From: a bacterium
Lineage (GTDB): Bacteria > Patescibacteriota > Saccharimonadia > Saccharimonadales > UBA4665
Assembly (NCBI GenBank): GCA_021777375.1
Contig: JAJYDV010000001.1
Span: 11,347 to 75,346, forward strand
Length of the DNA: 64,000 nucleotides
Direction: 5' to 3'
The translations under genes were made by a program, and so were the position numbers. The notes under the pieces are model-generated. The model saw nothing but the letters and a program-made list of their open reading frames with translations, searched no databases and had not been told where the DNA came from. Shown one piece after another: positions 38,907 through 49,509 of this stretch. The first letter of the stretch is position 1. Each line of letters starts with the position of its first letter.

Positions 38907-40163
38907 TCATTTCTTACTTAAAACTAATAACTCGCGAGCCACTATTTGACCGGGACGTCTGTAGATTAACTGTTCATCCCGGGCGTGGCGAAAACTCACC
39001 CGATTATAGCCAATCACCTCTATAGAGTCAAGTAAGGGAAGGTGGGCCAGCTTGGTTTGGCTGACTTGCCATGCCGGTAAAGCAAGGCAGATCCGAGTCC
39101 CGCTATCGATTTGCTTAAATATGTTAGTGAGAAAACCTCGGATTATTTTATTGCAATTATTTATTGCCGTTTCAAGCTGGTAATTTGACGGGAAAGATCC
39201 AAAAGGTGGACCAAGATCAGTTTCGCTTGCGATCAGCGTTGGCTTACGTGGCCAGATATAACTTGTCGCATCGGCTCGTAAAATCTCGGTCGATACCTCT
39301 TTTGGAAGAGGCGATCTAGGTAGACTGCGCAACCAATCGAGGTTGGTTTTAGCATAGTCGGTCATCCTTTGGTCTATATCTGACCCTAGGCAGTCGTAGC
39401 CCATAATGGCTGCTTCTTGAAGAACGACTCCGCTTCCGCAAAAAGGATCAAGTAAAAGAGTCCCATTGAAATGCGACTTTGAATTTGGAATTAGCTGGTT
39501 GGGCGTTATGTTGCCTACAGATGAGGTAGTTTCACTGGGAAGTGGGCTGGCGCTTAGGTTGATAATTATTTGAGCTAGTTTAGGGGGTAACATTCCAACC
39601 TTAGAGTCACGCGCCGGACGGTTTCGGTCGCGCTGTGTATATGCTTCTATGTCCTGAACTTTTACCGTCTGTGCGACAACGGTTTGTTTTCCTGCTTTGA
39701 CGAGCAATAACTCCCAGCCATTTGGACCGCAGAGATGCCCGTGGATTACTTGAGCGCTACTTAGATTATCTTCGTGGTTCGAAGCTACTCTAACACTACG
39801 TCCGGTGGCGCGAATTACCCGCTTAAGTTTCAAACCAAGCAGTTGTACTTGTTTCGGCGATTGAGTAAATCCGTAAACACTAATACCTAGATGCATTTTT
39901 CCAGCTGCTAGATCCTTGCTACGGTCGAGACTACTTTGGGCTAAGAAATCGCCAATTTTGTCCCAAGACACAGTTTTAAGTTCGGTTAGGATCTTAGCAA
40001 ACTTAACAGCTCCTCCAAGACGGTCAAATGCTAACAGACTGGGGTCGACATCTACAATTACAGCGCTATCTTCTATCGGTTTTAGTTTATCTGGCCCGTA
40101 AAGACTTTCTAGCTCGGCCAGGCCAAGCGCTGGCTGACGCCCGAGTATAATCAAACTTTTCAT
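38907..40163 (-). CDS. Trm11-like SAM-dependent RNA methyltransferase
   Basis: LAELESL N-terminus, GMLPPKLAQIIINL, LLDPFCGSG, GSDID. Confidence 0.72.
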   Translation of the reverse strand: MKSLIILGRQPALGLAELESLYGPDKLKPIEDSAVIVDVDPSLLAFDRLGGAVKFAKILTELKTVSWDKIGDFLAQSSLDRSKDLAAGKMHLGISVYGFTQSPKQVQLLGLKLKRVIRATGRSVRVASNHEDNLSSAQVIHGHLCGPNGWELLLVKAGKQTVVAQTVKVQDIEAYTQRDRNRPARDSKVGMLPPKLAQIIINLSASPLPSETTSSVGNITPNQLIPNSKSHFNGTLLLDPFCGSGVVLQEAAIMGYDCLGSDIDQRMTDYAKTNLDWLRSLPRSPLPKEVSTEILRADATSYIWPRKPTLIASETDLGPPFGSFPSNYQLETAINNCNKIIRGFLTNIFKQIDSGTRICLALPAWQVSQTKLAHLPLLDSIEVIGYNRVSFRHARDEQLIYRRPGQIVARELLVLSKK

Positions 40164-40237
40164 CTTGTTAGCTATTTTAACCCTTAGCGTCCGTTTAGCT
40201 AGTCATAAACTTGGCTTAGTTTATAATAGTTTTAAAT

Positions 40238-41302
40238 ATGGGCAGAATAACCAGCTTCGTCTTGCATAGATGGAAGTTGATCCTAAACGTTGCAACGGTC
40301 GTTGCTCTTTTACTGTTATTAGTTTTTATTAGGCACGATTTAGTTACGACTTTTCGTAATTTACTTAAAGTTAATGCCTGGGCGCTGATCCTAATGGTGC
40401 CTTTAGAGGCTTTAAACTACCATGCCCAAACCAGACTATATCAGCTACTCTTCACTATTTTGGGCAATAAGTTGCCGTATAGGCCGTTATTTATTGCCTC
40501 TCTGGAGTTGGCATTCGTAAATCATGTATTTCCAAGTGGTGGTGTTGCGGGGATATCATACTTTGGCTTCCGTTTTAAAGATAATAATATTAGTGGAGCC
40601 AAAGCAACCATGGTGCAGTTTATGAAGTTGCTGCTTACGATATTCTCATTTGAAGCATTGATTATCTTAGGTGTTTTCTTTTTGGCAATAGGCGGTCAGG
40701 TAAACCGCCTGATGATAATGGTGTCTGCAATACTGTCGACTCTCTTAATTGTTTGCACGCTACTGTTTATCTATACCATAGGAAATCGCAAGCGTATCAA
40801 GAAAGTACTTGAATTTTTTACAATTCTCTTCAACCGTCTAATACAAATGGTTCGGCCATCAGAAAAGGATGCGATCAATATAGAGAAAGCCAGGGAAGTA
40901 TTTGACGAGTTTCATGACACTTTCGTGGAAATGAGAAAAGATCACAATAAAATGCGTTCACCTTTGCTGTACGCGCTTCTGATGAATATTACCGAAATTG
41001 CGGTTATATTTGTGGTTTTTATTGCTTTTGGACATTTCGTGAATCTTGGAGCGATTATCCTAGCTTACGGAATTGCTAATTTTGCCGGTTTCGTGTCGAT
41101 ACTACCGGGAGGCATCGGCGTGTACGAAACTCTAATGATTGCAGTACTATTAGCCGCTGGAGTGTCTCCAGGCCTAAGTCTTCCAGTTATCATAATGTAT
41201 CGAGTGCTAAATACTTTGTTGCAGATGACCCCCGGCTACTATTACTATCAAAAAGAAATTTCTCGGCACGGTAAGCCTACGCACGGCGCAGAAATACTAT
41301 GA
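40238..41302 (+). CDS. Lysylphosphatidylglycerol-synthase TM/flippase-like (UPF0104) membrane protein
   Basis: NHVFPSGG, PGGIGVYE, YR motif; about 8 TM helices. Confidence 0.82.
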   Translation: MGRITSFVLHRWKLILNVATVVALLLLLVFIRHDLVTTFRNLLKVNAWALILMVPLEALNYHAQTRLYQLLFTILGNKLPYRPLFIASLELAFVNHVFPSGGVAGISYFGFRFKDNNISGAKATMVQFMKLLLTIFSFEALIILGVFFLAIGGQVNRLMIMVSAILSTLLIVCTLLFIYTIGNRKRIKKVLEFFTILFNRLIQMVRPSEKDAINIEKAREVFDEFHDTFVEMRKDHNKMRSPLLYALLMNITEIAVIFVVFIAFGHFVNLGAIILAYGIANFAGFVSILPGGIGVYETLMIAVLLAAGVSPGLSLPVIIMYRVLNTLLQMTPGYYYYQKEISRHGKPTHGAEIL

Positions 41303-42441
41303 TTCAGGCTGAAGCAGTCGAGTTTAGTGTTAGTGAGTTTGTCTCAGTATTTAACCAGACTCTTGAGTATGCTTACAGCGGCGTAGTTATTTATGGGGAG
41401 CTAGCCAACTTTCGTGTCTCCAAGGATAAGTGGATTTATTTTGATCTTAAGGATGAGGATGCCAATATTAACTTTTTTGGTACGCTGTATAATCTGCCGG
41501 GGCCACTGGAAAATGGAATGATGCTGAAGGTTAGAGGCATGCCAAGGTTGCATCCGCGGTACGGTTTTAGCATCACGGTAACCTCAATTTCGCCGGCCGG
41601 CAGGGGTACGATTAAGAGGCTTAGTGATTTGCTTAAAATAAAGCTTGAAAATGAGGGGCTGTTCGCAACTGAACGTAAGCGGACTCTACGTTATCCTCCG
41701 CAAAAAATTGGCTTAATTACATCTACCCAGTCCGCGGCTTTTACCGACTTTATCCGAATTATTAATAACCGCTGGGCAGGACTAAATATCCAGACTATTA
41801 ATGTTAGCGTTCAAGGAGATCAAGCGGCTGAAGAGATTATACAAGCCATAGAGACTTTCTCGACCATATCCGAACCGCCAGAAGTATTGGTAATTATTCG
41901 TGGCGGCGGTAGCCCCGAGGATCTAGCTTCATTTAACAATGAGAAGCTTGTTCGGTCAGTGGCTGCTAGCCGAATACCAACACTCGTGGCAATTGGGCAC
42001 GAGGTTGATGTTAGTCTTGCCGAGCTTGTAGCTGACATGCGCGCCTCGACACCTTCAAATGCAGCTGAATTACTAGTTCCCGATAAAAAAGCCGAATTGC
42101 TCCGCTTATTAAGCGTACCTGCTCATCTTCGGGCGAACCTGACACAACGCCTAAAAGCACAAAGTTTGCTTCTTGGCCAAGCCCAGGGTCAGATGACCTC
42201 GATTATTAAACTTAAATTTGAACGTGAACGGATTAAGGTCAGTGAGCAGTCACGGCTAGTTGCGGCGCTAAGCCCCAGGAATATTCTAAGAAAGGGCTAC
42301 GCGATAGTTTATGCTAATGGCCAGGTTAGCGATGGGCGCAGTCTTAAGACGGGTAGTATAGTATCTATTGAGCTGTACCGTGCTGCTTTTGAAGCGAGTG
42401 TACTTAAAAAACGGAAAGGTACTAGATATGGCCAAAAGTAA
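41299..42441 (+). CDS. xseA: Exodeoxyribonuclease VII large subunit
   Basis: OB fold YFDLKD, RGGGSPEDL, IGHEVD, TPSNAAE. Confidence 0.95.
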   Translation: MIQAEAVEFSVSEFVSVFNQTLEYAYSGVVIYGELANFRVSKDKWIYFDLKDEDANINFFGTLYNLPGPLENGMMLKVRGMPRLHPRYGFSITVTSISPAGRGTIKRLSDLLKIKLENEGLFATERKRTLRYPPQKIGLITSTQSAAFTDFIRIINNRWAGLNIQTINVSVQGDQAAEEIIQAIETFSTISEPPEVLVIIRGGGSPEDLASFNNEKLVRSVAASRIPTLVAIGHEVDVSLAELVADMRASTPSNAAELLVPDKKAELLRLLSVPAHLRANLTQRLKAQSLLLGQAQGQMTSIIKLKFERERIKVSEQSRLVAALSPRNILRKGYAIVYANGQVSDGRSLKTGSIVSIELYRAAFEASVLKKRKGTRYGQK

Positions 42442-42646
42442 TGCTTCGTTCCAGATTGATTACCAAGAGCTAAGCCTTAAACTGGAGTCGGTAATCGCTA
42501 AACTTCAAGATGAGCAGACTTCTATTGATGAGTCCCTAAAGCTATATGAGCAGGCGACCAATATGGTAAAAGAACTAAGTGATTACCTAAAAACTGCCGA
42601 AAATCGTTTAACCTCTCTTTCCGAAAAGGTTATCGAGGGAAGATAG
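42428..42646 (+). CDS. xseB: Exodeoxyribonuclease VII small subunit
   Basis: LESVIAKLQ...IDESLKLYEQA...L..AE; overlaps xseA end; ATG 42428. Confidence 0.88.
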   Translation: MAKSNASFQIDYQELSLKLESVIAKLQDEQTSIDESLKLYEQATNMVKELSDYLKTAENRLTSLSEKVIEGR

Positions 42647-42648
42647 CG

Positions 42649-43140
42649 TTGGCTCGGGCTCTGACGCTTGCAGCATCTGTAATTATTTTTAGCTTTGGTT
42701 TCGTATTGTTATTCGGTGCTCCTTATTTACCGACAATGAAAAGGCAGGTTAAAGTTGCAATCAAGCTTGCTAATTTAAGGCCGGGGCAGGTAATACTTGA
42801 ATTAGGATCTGGTGACGGTCGGGTTTTGATTGCTGCCGCTCAGGCCGGTTTAAATGCAATTGGCTATGAGATTAATCCGTTATTATTTTTATATAGTTTT
42901 GTCAGAACCAGGCGCTACCGTAAACAAATAAAAGTGGTACTTGGAAATTTTTGGTCTCAATCATGGCCCAAATGTGATGCGATCTATGTCTTTCTACTAC
43001 CCAGACTAATGAGTAAACTTGAAAAAAAAATTCGTTCAGAGGGCTTGACTAAGGTGACTGTAATAAGCTTTGCTTTTAAGTTTAGCGATTTAACTCCCGT
43101 AGATGAGGCGCAAGGAATTTTTGCTTATCGGCTTAAGTGA
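42649..43140 (+). CDS. Small membrane-anchored class I SAM methyltransferase
   Basis: GAPYLPT, ELGSGDGR, GYEINP. Confidence 0.85.
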   Translation: MARALTLAASVIIFSFGFVLLFGAPYLPTMKRQVKVAIKLANLRPGQVILELGSGDGRVLIAAAQAGLNAIGYEINPLLFLYSFVRTRRYRKQIKVVLGNFWSQSWPKCDAIYVFLLPRLMSKLEKKIRSEGLTKVTVISFAFKFSDLTPVDEAQGIFAYRLK

Positions 43141-43184
43141 AGCCGTTGCGAGCAAGTTAAAACTAGGTTACCATAAGCATATAT

Positions 43185-43841
43185 ATGAAAAGATTGTCCG
43201 ATAACGGTAGTATTAGCGGTATGAGCGTTGCTTTTATCGCAGTCTGCGTTGCCCTAGTCGCGGCCATTATTTTTGGTTTTAGTTCTTACTCTAGTGAGAA
43301 GAAATACAAGAACGACGATAACCAGATGATTAATCAGGCCGTTAGCATAGCTAAACAGAAACTTGCGGCGCAGCTGAATGCCCAATTTCAAGCTCAAAAT
43401 AATGCAACGGTAACTAGTTACACTGGTCCTTCGCAATACGGAAGTATAGTCTTAAGCTATCCGAAGGCTTGGAGCGGATATGTAGACACTACCGGAGGTA
43501 ACCCTGTAAACGGTTACTTTAATCCAGGCGTAGTACCGTCTGTCGGAGACCAAAGTAATCTTTTCGCGCTGCGTTTAGAGGTGGTTGCCGACTCCTATAG
43601 CGATCAACTAGCACAATATACCAATCAACAAGGAGTCCCCTTAACAATTACGCCTTATGCGCTTAAACGGGTACCGCAAATAGTGGGTGTCATGATTAGT
43701 GGCCAAATACAGCAACAAAAGCAAGGTGTCATGGTTATGTTGCCGCTCAGGACAGATACGCTCGAAATATGGACCGAATCAACCCAGTATTCAAATCTAT
43801 TTACCAACCAGATACTTAATACTGTGACTTTCCAGCCTTAG
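43185..43841 (+). CDS. Membrane-anchored exported protein (coiled coil plus PsbP-like domain)
   Basis: N-terminal TM helix, helical linker, LSYPKAWS motif, C-terminal ILNTVTF. Confidence 0.6.
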   Translation: MKRLSDNGSISGMSVAFIAVCVALVAAIIFGFSSYSSEKKYKNDDNQMINQAVSIAKQKLAAQLNAQFQAQNNATVTSYTGPSQYGSIVLSYPKAWSGYVDTTGGNPVNGYFNPGVVPSVGDQSNLFALRLEVVADSYSDQLAQYTNQQGVPLTITPYALKRVPQIVGVMISGQIQQQKQGVMVMLPLRTDTLEIWTESTQYSNLFTNQILNTVTFQP

Positions 43842-43968
43842 CTATTGATACTATCTAGACATCAAACACAAGTAGCTAGCTTTTTCTTAAAAGGGCAGCT
43901 TTGTCTGTTGTCTGTAAGAGTATATAATTCTAATTACAAAAACGTGGGCAAAAGGGAACATAAAAAAT

Positions 43969-44688
43969 ATGACTTCGATCTTGCCGCCGGGTTCTATGTT
44001 GTCGCAGCATCTTTTGCTGTCGATTGCTGAGCAAATAAAACTACCGTTGATTCAAATTTCTCGTCAGGCAGAATTTGGCACACTTGGCTTAGAGACTGAT
44101 CTAGCTCAAATTAAAACTCTTGCCGATAACGGTATTAAATTAGTCGAGAGCTATGCAATGGGTTTACAGTTAGCAAACCAGAATAGCTATGAATTGGCGC
44201 CCGAAGCGGTTTCCGTTGCATCGATACTTTATGAGGCAGATCAGCAGTTACGCGAATTGGCGCGGCTATATAATGTATCACTTGAACTGAATATTCGTGG
44301 ACGTTTTGAACCTGTCCTAGCTCATCGTCAGGGCTTGCAGGCAGCGGTTGTAGGTCTAGCTAGTGCGCTAATAGAAGCACTGCCAGCGCAAAATAGCGGT
44401 CAACAAACGACACTTCAATTGGCTACGCATCGTTGCAGATATGGTATTGTGGCCGGTGTTTACGCGGATATACCTAATCTTAGTAGCGAAGCTTTAAAAC
44501 GGGGACGTAAGCTCTACGGAGTATCTAGGCAGCCCTTAGTGAATGTCAGTCATAATTCCGCTGCCGGTATTTTTGTAGCTGATGCTATTTTTAGAGCAAT
44601 GAATCTTAAGCTGCATATATCACGGCATCACCGTTTGTACGGTTTGGGTGTCGTACTCCAAACTTCTTCGCAATTGGCATTAGTGTAG
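43969..44688 (+). CDS. Degenerate histidine-kinase-like protein
   Basis: H-box-like SIAEQIKLPL without His; HATPase-like layout with eroded N/G boxes (SAAGIFVA). Confidence 0.6.
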   Translation: MTSILPPGSMLSQHLLLSIAEQIKLPLIQISRQAEFGTLGLETDLAQIKTLADNGIKLVESYAMGLQLANQNSYELAPEAVSVASILYEADQQLRELARLYNVSLELNIRGRFEPVLAHRQGLQAAVVGLASALIEALPAQNSGQQTTLQLATHRCRYGIVAGVYADIPNLSSEALKRGRKLYGVSRQPLVNVSHNSAAGIFVADAIFRAMNLKLHISRHHRLYGLGVVLQTSSQLALV

Positions 44689-44699
44689 GCACAAAATAA

Positions 44700-45119
44700 A
44701 TGGCTACCCTGAAGAAGATTTTAATTATTGAGCCGGACAAGGTTCTTGGTCAAACTTTAAGTAGCGCCTTAAAGTCGAATGGCTATAAAGTAGTTCATGT
44801 GGCTACTGCTCAAGATGGAGTCACGCAAGCTGACCAGACGACTCCTGACCTAGTGATTTTAGAACTTCAGTTAGTTGGCCATAGCGGTATCGAATTTCTG
44901 TGTGAGTTTAGGTCATATAGAGACTGGGCAAACGTCCCAGTTATAATTTATTCCAGCGTACCGCCACTTGAATTTGGAGCTAGCCAGGATAGTTTAAGAG
45001 GAGAGCTTGGGGTGGTCGCCTATCTATATAAAGCAAGCACCTCTCTTCTTGAATTGTTAAGAACAATTGAGGATAACCTCTCCATGAGGCGGGAATTAAA
45101 GGTCGATGCAGCAACTTAA
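44700..45119 (+). CDS. Atypical single-domain receiver protein (Asp to Glu)
   Basis: ILIIEPD, PDLVILELQL, SGIEF, YLYK. Confidence 0.82.
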   Translation: MATLKKILIIEPDKVLGQTLSSALKSNGYKVVHVATAQDGVTQADQTTPDLVILELQLVGHSGIEFLCEFRSYRDWANVPVIIYSSVPPLEFGASQDSLRGELGVVAYLYKASTSLLELLRTIEDNLSMRRELKVDAAT

Positions 45120-45795
45120 GACCAAGGCAATTGTTCTGAACCGGACAAACTATGGGGAAGCTGATCGCATAATTACTGTATTAACTCCCAAGTCTGGTAA
45201 GTTACATTTAATGGCGCGGGGAGTAAGGACTCTTAAGAGCAAATTAGCTGGCGGTATCGAGCTGTTCTCGATAAACGATATTTCATACATACCTGGCAAA
45301 AGTGGCCTAGCGACTTTGGTTTCAGCGCGGCTGGACTCGTATTTTCCGAAAATTCTTACGGATATCGAACGAGTACAGTTTGGCTATGAACTTCTTAAAA
45401 TAATTAATCGAGTAACTGAAGATGAGCCAGAACCGGCATATTTTGACCTTGTTAAAGATACTCTATTAGGGTTAAATGACCTCGAGATTCCACTTAACGT
45501 TTCAAAACTATGGTTTATGTGCCAGCTGCTAGCTCTTTCTGGACATATGCCAAACATGATTACGGACACCAAGGGTCTTGTGTTAGCACAAGATTGTAGT
45601 TTTAATTTTGACACCTCAACAATGACTTTTGTCCCCCAAGATATAGGTGGTAAGTATAGCCCAGAACAAATTAAATTTTTGCGACTAATGTTTGCGGTCA
45701 GCAGTCCTAAACCAATGGCACGCGTTATAAAGGCAGATGCTCTTGCTCAGCAAGTAGCCGGGCTAATTAACATGCTTTACGAGCATCAACTTTAA
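45106..45795 (+). CDS. recO: DNA repair protein RecO
   Basis: AIVLNRTNYGEADRIITVLT, ARGVR..KSKLAG. Confidence 0.92.
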   Translation: MQQLKTKAIVLNRTNYGEADRIITVLTPKSGKLHLMARGVRTLKSKLAGGIELFSINDISYIPGKSGLATLVSARLDSYFPKILTDIERVQFGYELLKIINRVTEDEPEPAYFDLVKDTLLGLNDLEIPLNVSKLWFMCQLLALSGHMPNMITDTKGLVLAQDCSFNFDTSTMTFVPQDIGGKYSPEQIKFLRLMFAVSSPKPMARVIKADALAQQVAGLINMLYEHQL

Positions 45796-45857
45796 CGGAT
45801 AGTGTTATAGGGGCTATAAGGGTATAATCGATAGATAATAATTGAGCCTAAAATCAT

Positions 45858-47213
45858 ATGAACCGACCAACCATGGAAGATATAGTCAGCCTCTCGAAAC
45901 GACGGGGTTTTGTTTTTCAATCAAGTGAGATTTATGGCGGACTAGCAGGGTTCTTCGATTATGGGCCTCTAGGCATTGAACTGACCAACAACCTTAAACG
46001 GTTATGGTGGGATTCGCTAGTACACTACCGTGATGACATCTTTGGCGTAGACGGCGCAATAATTCAAAATCCGTTACTTTGGCAGGCTAGTGGCCATGTC
46101 GCCGGCTTTACTGATCCGATGGTCGAGGACACGGTCACCCATAAGCGTTATCGGGCCGATCAGCTAGCTGGCGTTGATACAACGGACTTAGCAGAGCTCT
46201 CTAAACTACTTAAGGAAAAGAAATCACCGGATGGCAATCCTTTGGGCGAACCAAGATATTTCAATATGATGATGCAAACCTGGGTTGGGCCGGTTCAGGA
46301 AGAAGCTGCGAAAGTATATTTACGCCCCGAAACCGCCGGCTCAATATTTACTAATTTCTTAAACATTAAAGAAACGATGCGCGCCAAAGTTCCATTTGGA
46401 ATTGCTCAAATCGGCAAGGCTTTTCGTAATGAGATTTCGCCTCGTGATTTTATATTTCGGGTACGTGAGCTTGAGCAGATGGAAATGCAATATTTTATAA
46501 ATCCTAAAGACCAGCAGGAAGTTTATGATAATTGGCGAGCTTTTGCCTGGAATTTTTTAACTGAGAGACTTGGTATTAAAGAGAGCAGCTTGAGTTGGCA
46601 CGAGCATGGTGAAACTGAGCGTGCTCATTATGCCAAGGCCGCTCACGATGTCTACTTTAATTTTCCTCAAGGCCCAAAAGAACTATGGGGTACCCATAAC
46701 CGGAGTGACTTTGATCTATCTAGCCATGCAAAGGCTAGCGGCAAAGACCTAAGTTACCTAGATGAGCAAAGTGGTGAACGCTTTACACCCTATGTAATTG
46801 AATCGTCGGTCGGCGTCGGAAGGATGCTTCTGGCTGTACTAACTGATGCCTTTACTCGTGATAGTGTTGCAGGGGAAGAACGTATTGTGCTAAAGCTCCA
46901 TCCACGGATTGCTCCGGTTAAAGTAGCAGTCAGTCCGTTGCTCAAAAACAAACCCGAACTTGTTTCTTTCGCACGCGAGATATATGCGCAACTAAAAAGA
47001 GAGTTTGGTATGGTGTTGTGGGATGATAATGGTAACATCGGCAAGCGCTACCGCCGTCAGGATGAAATAGGGACTCCTTTCTGCATAACTGTAGATTTTG
47101 AGTCTTTGGCAAATCAGTCGGTTACCGTAAGAGACCGTGACACCGCCAAACAGATAAGAATAAATATTGATGACTTGCCCCAAACTTTAAGGCAAAAATT
47201 GGAGCAGAATTAA
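45858..47213 (+). CDS. glyQS: Glycine--tRNA ligase (homodimeric type)
   Basis: KRRGFVFQSSEIYGG, YLRPETA, FRNEISP, GKRYRRQDEIGTP. Confidence 0.96.
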   Translation: MNRPTMEDIVSLSKRRGFVFQSSEIYGGLAGFFDYGPLGIELTNNLKRLWWDSLVHYRDDIFGVDGAIIQNPLLWQASGHVAGFTDPMVEDTVTHKRYRADQLAGVDTTDLAELSKLLKEKKSPDGNPLGEPRYFNMMMQTWVGPVQEEAAKVYLRPETAGSIFTNFLNIKETMRAKVPFGIAQIGKAFRNEISPRDFIFRVRELEQMEMQYFINPKDQQEVYDNWRAFAWNFLTERLGIKESSLSWHEHGETERAHYAKAAHDVYFNFPQGPKELWGTHNRSDFDLSSHAKASGKDLSYLDEQSGERFTPYVIESSVGVGRMLLAVLTDAFTRDSVAGEERIVLKLHPRIAPVKVAVSPLLKNKPELVSFAREIYAQLKREFGMVLWDDNGNIGKRYRRQDEIGTPFCITVDFESLANQSVTVRDRDTAKQIRINIDDLPQTLRQKLEQN

Positions 47214-47216
47214 GAT

Positions 47217-47792
47217 ATGTTAGTTAGACGCAAGGCTAAAAAGGCGCCAAATGTGTATGCTTTTATCGATAGCCAAAATCTAAACCTGGGAGTGCAAAAA
47301 GTTGGCTGGAAGATGGATTGGCGAGCATTCAGGGCGTATCTTAAAGAGCAGTTCAATGTTACTAAAGCTTTTATGTTTATCGGCTATATGCAAGAAAATG
47401 AAGCGTTGTATGAACATATGCACGAGCTTGGTTACCTGATTGCCTTAAAGCCGACGGTCGATGTATCCACCGGCGACAAGGAAGGTGAGGACTATAAACC
47501 GGTTGTTAAGGGAAATATTGATGCCGATCTAGTGCTTTACGCAATGAAGGAACTTCCCAATTATGACAAAGCAATTATTGTTTCTGGAGACGGAGATTTC
47601 GTTAGCCTAATCGAATATCTATCGAGCCAGAATAAACTGCTGCATGTACTTGCCCCGAACTGGCAATACTCATCTCTATTAAAACCCTGGGAAAAATATA
47701 TTATTCGCATTGATCAACTTAGGCAGAAACTAGCATATAAAGATCATCGCCGCCGCAACAGCATAAATCAGCAAAAACCAAGCACCACATAA
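47217..47792 (+). CDS. NYN-domain (PIN-like) protein
   Basis: FIDSQNL, KGNIDADL, VSGDGDF. Confidence 0.88.
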   Translation: MLVRRKAKKAPNVYAFIDSQNLNLGVQKVGWKMDWRAFRAYLKEQFNVTKAFMFIGYMQENEALYEHMHELGYLIALKPTVDVSTGDKEGEDYKPVVKGNIDADLVLYAMKELPNYDKAIIVSGDGDFVSLIEYLSSQNKLLHVLAPNWQYSSLLKPWEKYIIRIDQLRQKLAYKDHRRRNSINQQKPSTT

Positions 47793-47846
47793 GTCATTTA
47801 AGTAATATAATTTAGCCCGCCTTAATGAGAGAGGGCTAAAATTTTG

Positions 47847-49202
47847 ATGACCCAGAACAGGGCTTTGGAAATATTAAACAGCGGCGCAAGCATATTCTTG
47901 ACTGGTCCACCGGGATCCGGCAAAAGCTATGTTTTAGAGCAATTTGTAATTAATGCAAGACGTATTGGTAAGCGTTTAGCGGTAACTGCAACTACTGGTA
48001 TCGCAGCCAGTTTACTTGGAGGGGCAACAATTCACTCCTGGTCAGGGCTAGGCGTAAGACAACGTCTTGAGCCTAGAGAAATAGAGTATCTCATTAAAGA
48101 CCCGTGCCTGTTTGGGCGTTTGAACGAAGTTGAAATCTTAATTATTGATGAAATTTCAATGCTTGAAGCGGTAACGCTAGACAGTCTAGATGCTTTACTT
48201 AAAGCTGCTCGATCGTCATTCTTGCCATTTGGGGGGATACAGGTCGTATTGTCCGGTGATTTTTTTCAGCTTCCACCAGTAAGTAAAAACCCTAATCCCT
48301 ACTGTTTCTTGTCTAAATCCTGGAATGAAGCTAATCTATTAGTTTGTTATTTAAGTGAACAGCACCGTCAGTTACCTGATGAGTTGACTGAAATTCTAAC
48401 CGCTCTTAGGGATCAACGTTTTAATAAATATCATTTAGCATTACTTAGTGCGCGGCAGAATATAGCTCATCCTCCGCTCACTGTTTTGATGACCCATAAC
48501 AAAGATGTGGATAGTTTAAATAATCAGCGCTTGGCTAAGACTAGCGGACGTTCCAAAGTCTATGTCGGTCAATTGATTGGGCAACCTCAAATAGCCAATG
48601 ACTTACTACGATCCGTGCTTGCGCCTAAGGTATTAACTTTGAAAGTTGGAGCACAAGTCATGTTTGTAGCAAATGATCCTTTAAAACGCTACGTTAATGG
48701 CTCACAAGGCAGGGTGGTAGGCTTTCGTCACGAGTTGCCAGTAATCGAGCTAAAAGAAAATAAAAGTGTCATTGTTGCTGAGGCTTTTAGCTGGAAAAAA
48801 GAGGCCGATAATCGAGCAGCGGAATTAATCCAGATACCGCTGAAGCTTGCCTGGGCAATAACAATCCATAAGTGTCAAGGTATGAGTCTGGATGCAGCAG
48901 ATATTGATCTAAAAAGAAGTTTTGTAAGTGGCATGGGCTATGTCGCTCTAAGCCGTCTAAAAAACTATAAAGGTCTATATCTAAGAAGCTATAATAGTCG
49001 ATCATTAGAGTTGGATAGGGTAGTATATGGTTTCGATCGCGAGTTACGCAAAAAATCAGGACTAAATGAATTAAAATCTCAAAACTATAGCCCACGCAAA
49101 ATGGCGCATCTTCTTAGACGGGCAGGAGTTAAACGACAAATTATTAAACAGACTACAGGGCTAAGCGACAGACAGCTAGGGGCGATTTTAAAGCATGAAT
49201 AA
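47847..49202 (+). CDS. PIF1-family helicase
   Basis: GPPGSGKS, ATTGIAA, IDEISM, GDFFQLPP, AWAITIHKCQG, YVALSR. Confidence 0.92.
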   Translation: MTQNRALEILNSGASIFLTGPPGSGKSYVLEQFVINARRIGKRLAVTATTGIAASLLGGATIHSWSGLGVRQRLEPREIEYLIKDPCLFGRLNEVEILIIDEISMLEAVTLDSLDALLKAARSSFLPFGGIQVVLSGDFFQLPPVSKNPNPYCFLSKSWNEANLLVCYLSEQHRQLPDELTEILTALRDQRFNKYHLALLSARQNIAHPPLTVLMTHNKDVDSLNNQRLAKTSGRSKVYVGQLIGQPQIANDLLRSVLAPKVLTLKVGAQVMFVANDPLKRYVNGSQGRVVGFRHELPVIELKENKSVIVAEAFSWKKEADNRAAELIQIPLKLAWAITIHKCQGMSLDAADIDLKRSFVSGMGYVALSRLKNYKGLYLRSYNSRSLELDRVVYGFDRELRKKSGLNELKSQNYSPRKMAHLLRRAGVKRQIIKQTTGLSDRQLGAILKHE

Positions 49203-49509
49203 ATAATGTATTCAATAGTCAACGACCTCTGTAATATCGAATTATTTAGTTAGTGTACAAATAGGCATTTAGTTACGTATCAAATTTGAAGATCCTTACT
49301 TGTCCACAGATTAAAATTCTTAAGGATTTATTCATTTTAGACAGTTAGCTCGATATCTTTTTTAATGTTAACACCTTATTTATCAGGTTTTGATGGGCCT
49401 AAAATCTATTTTTGCTGGATTTGGTTGAATTGTTCGGAAGATGCATTTAAGGAGTTAATTAGAAAACAAAGCTAAAGTGGTGTCAAAATCACGACTATAT
49501 TTTGCGAAA

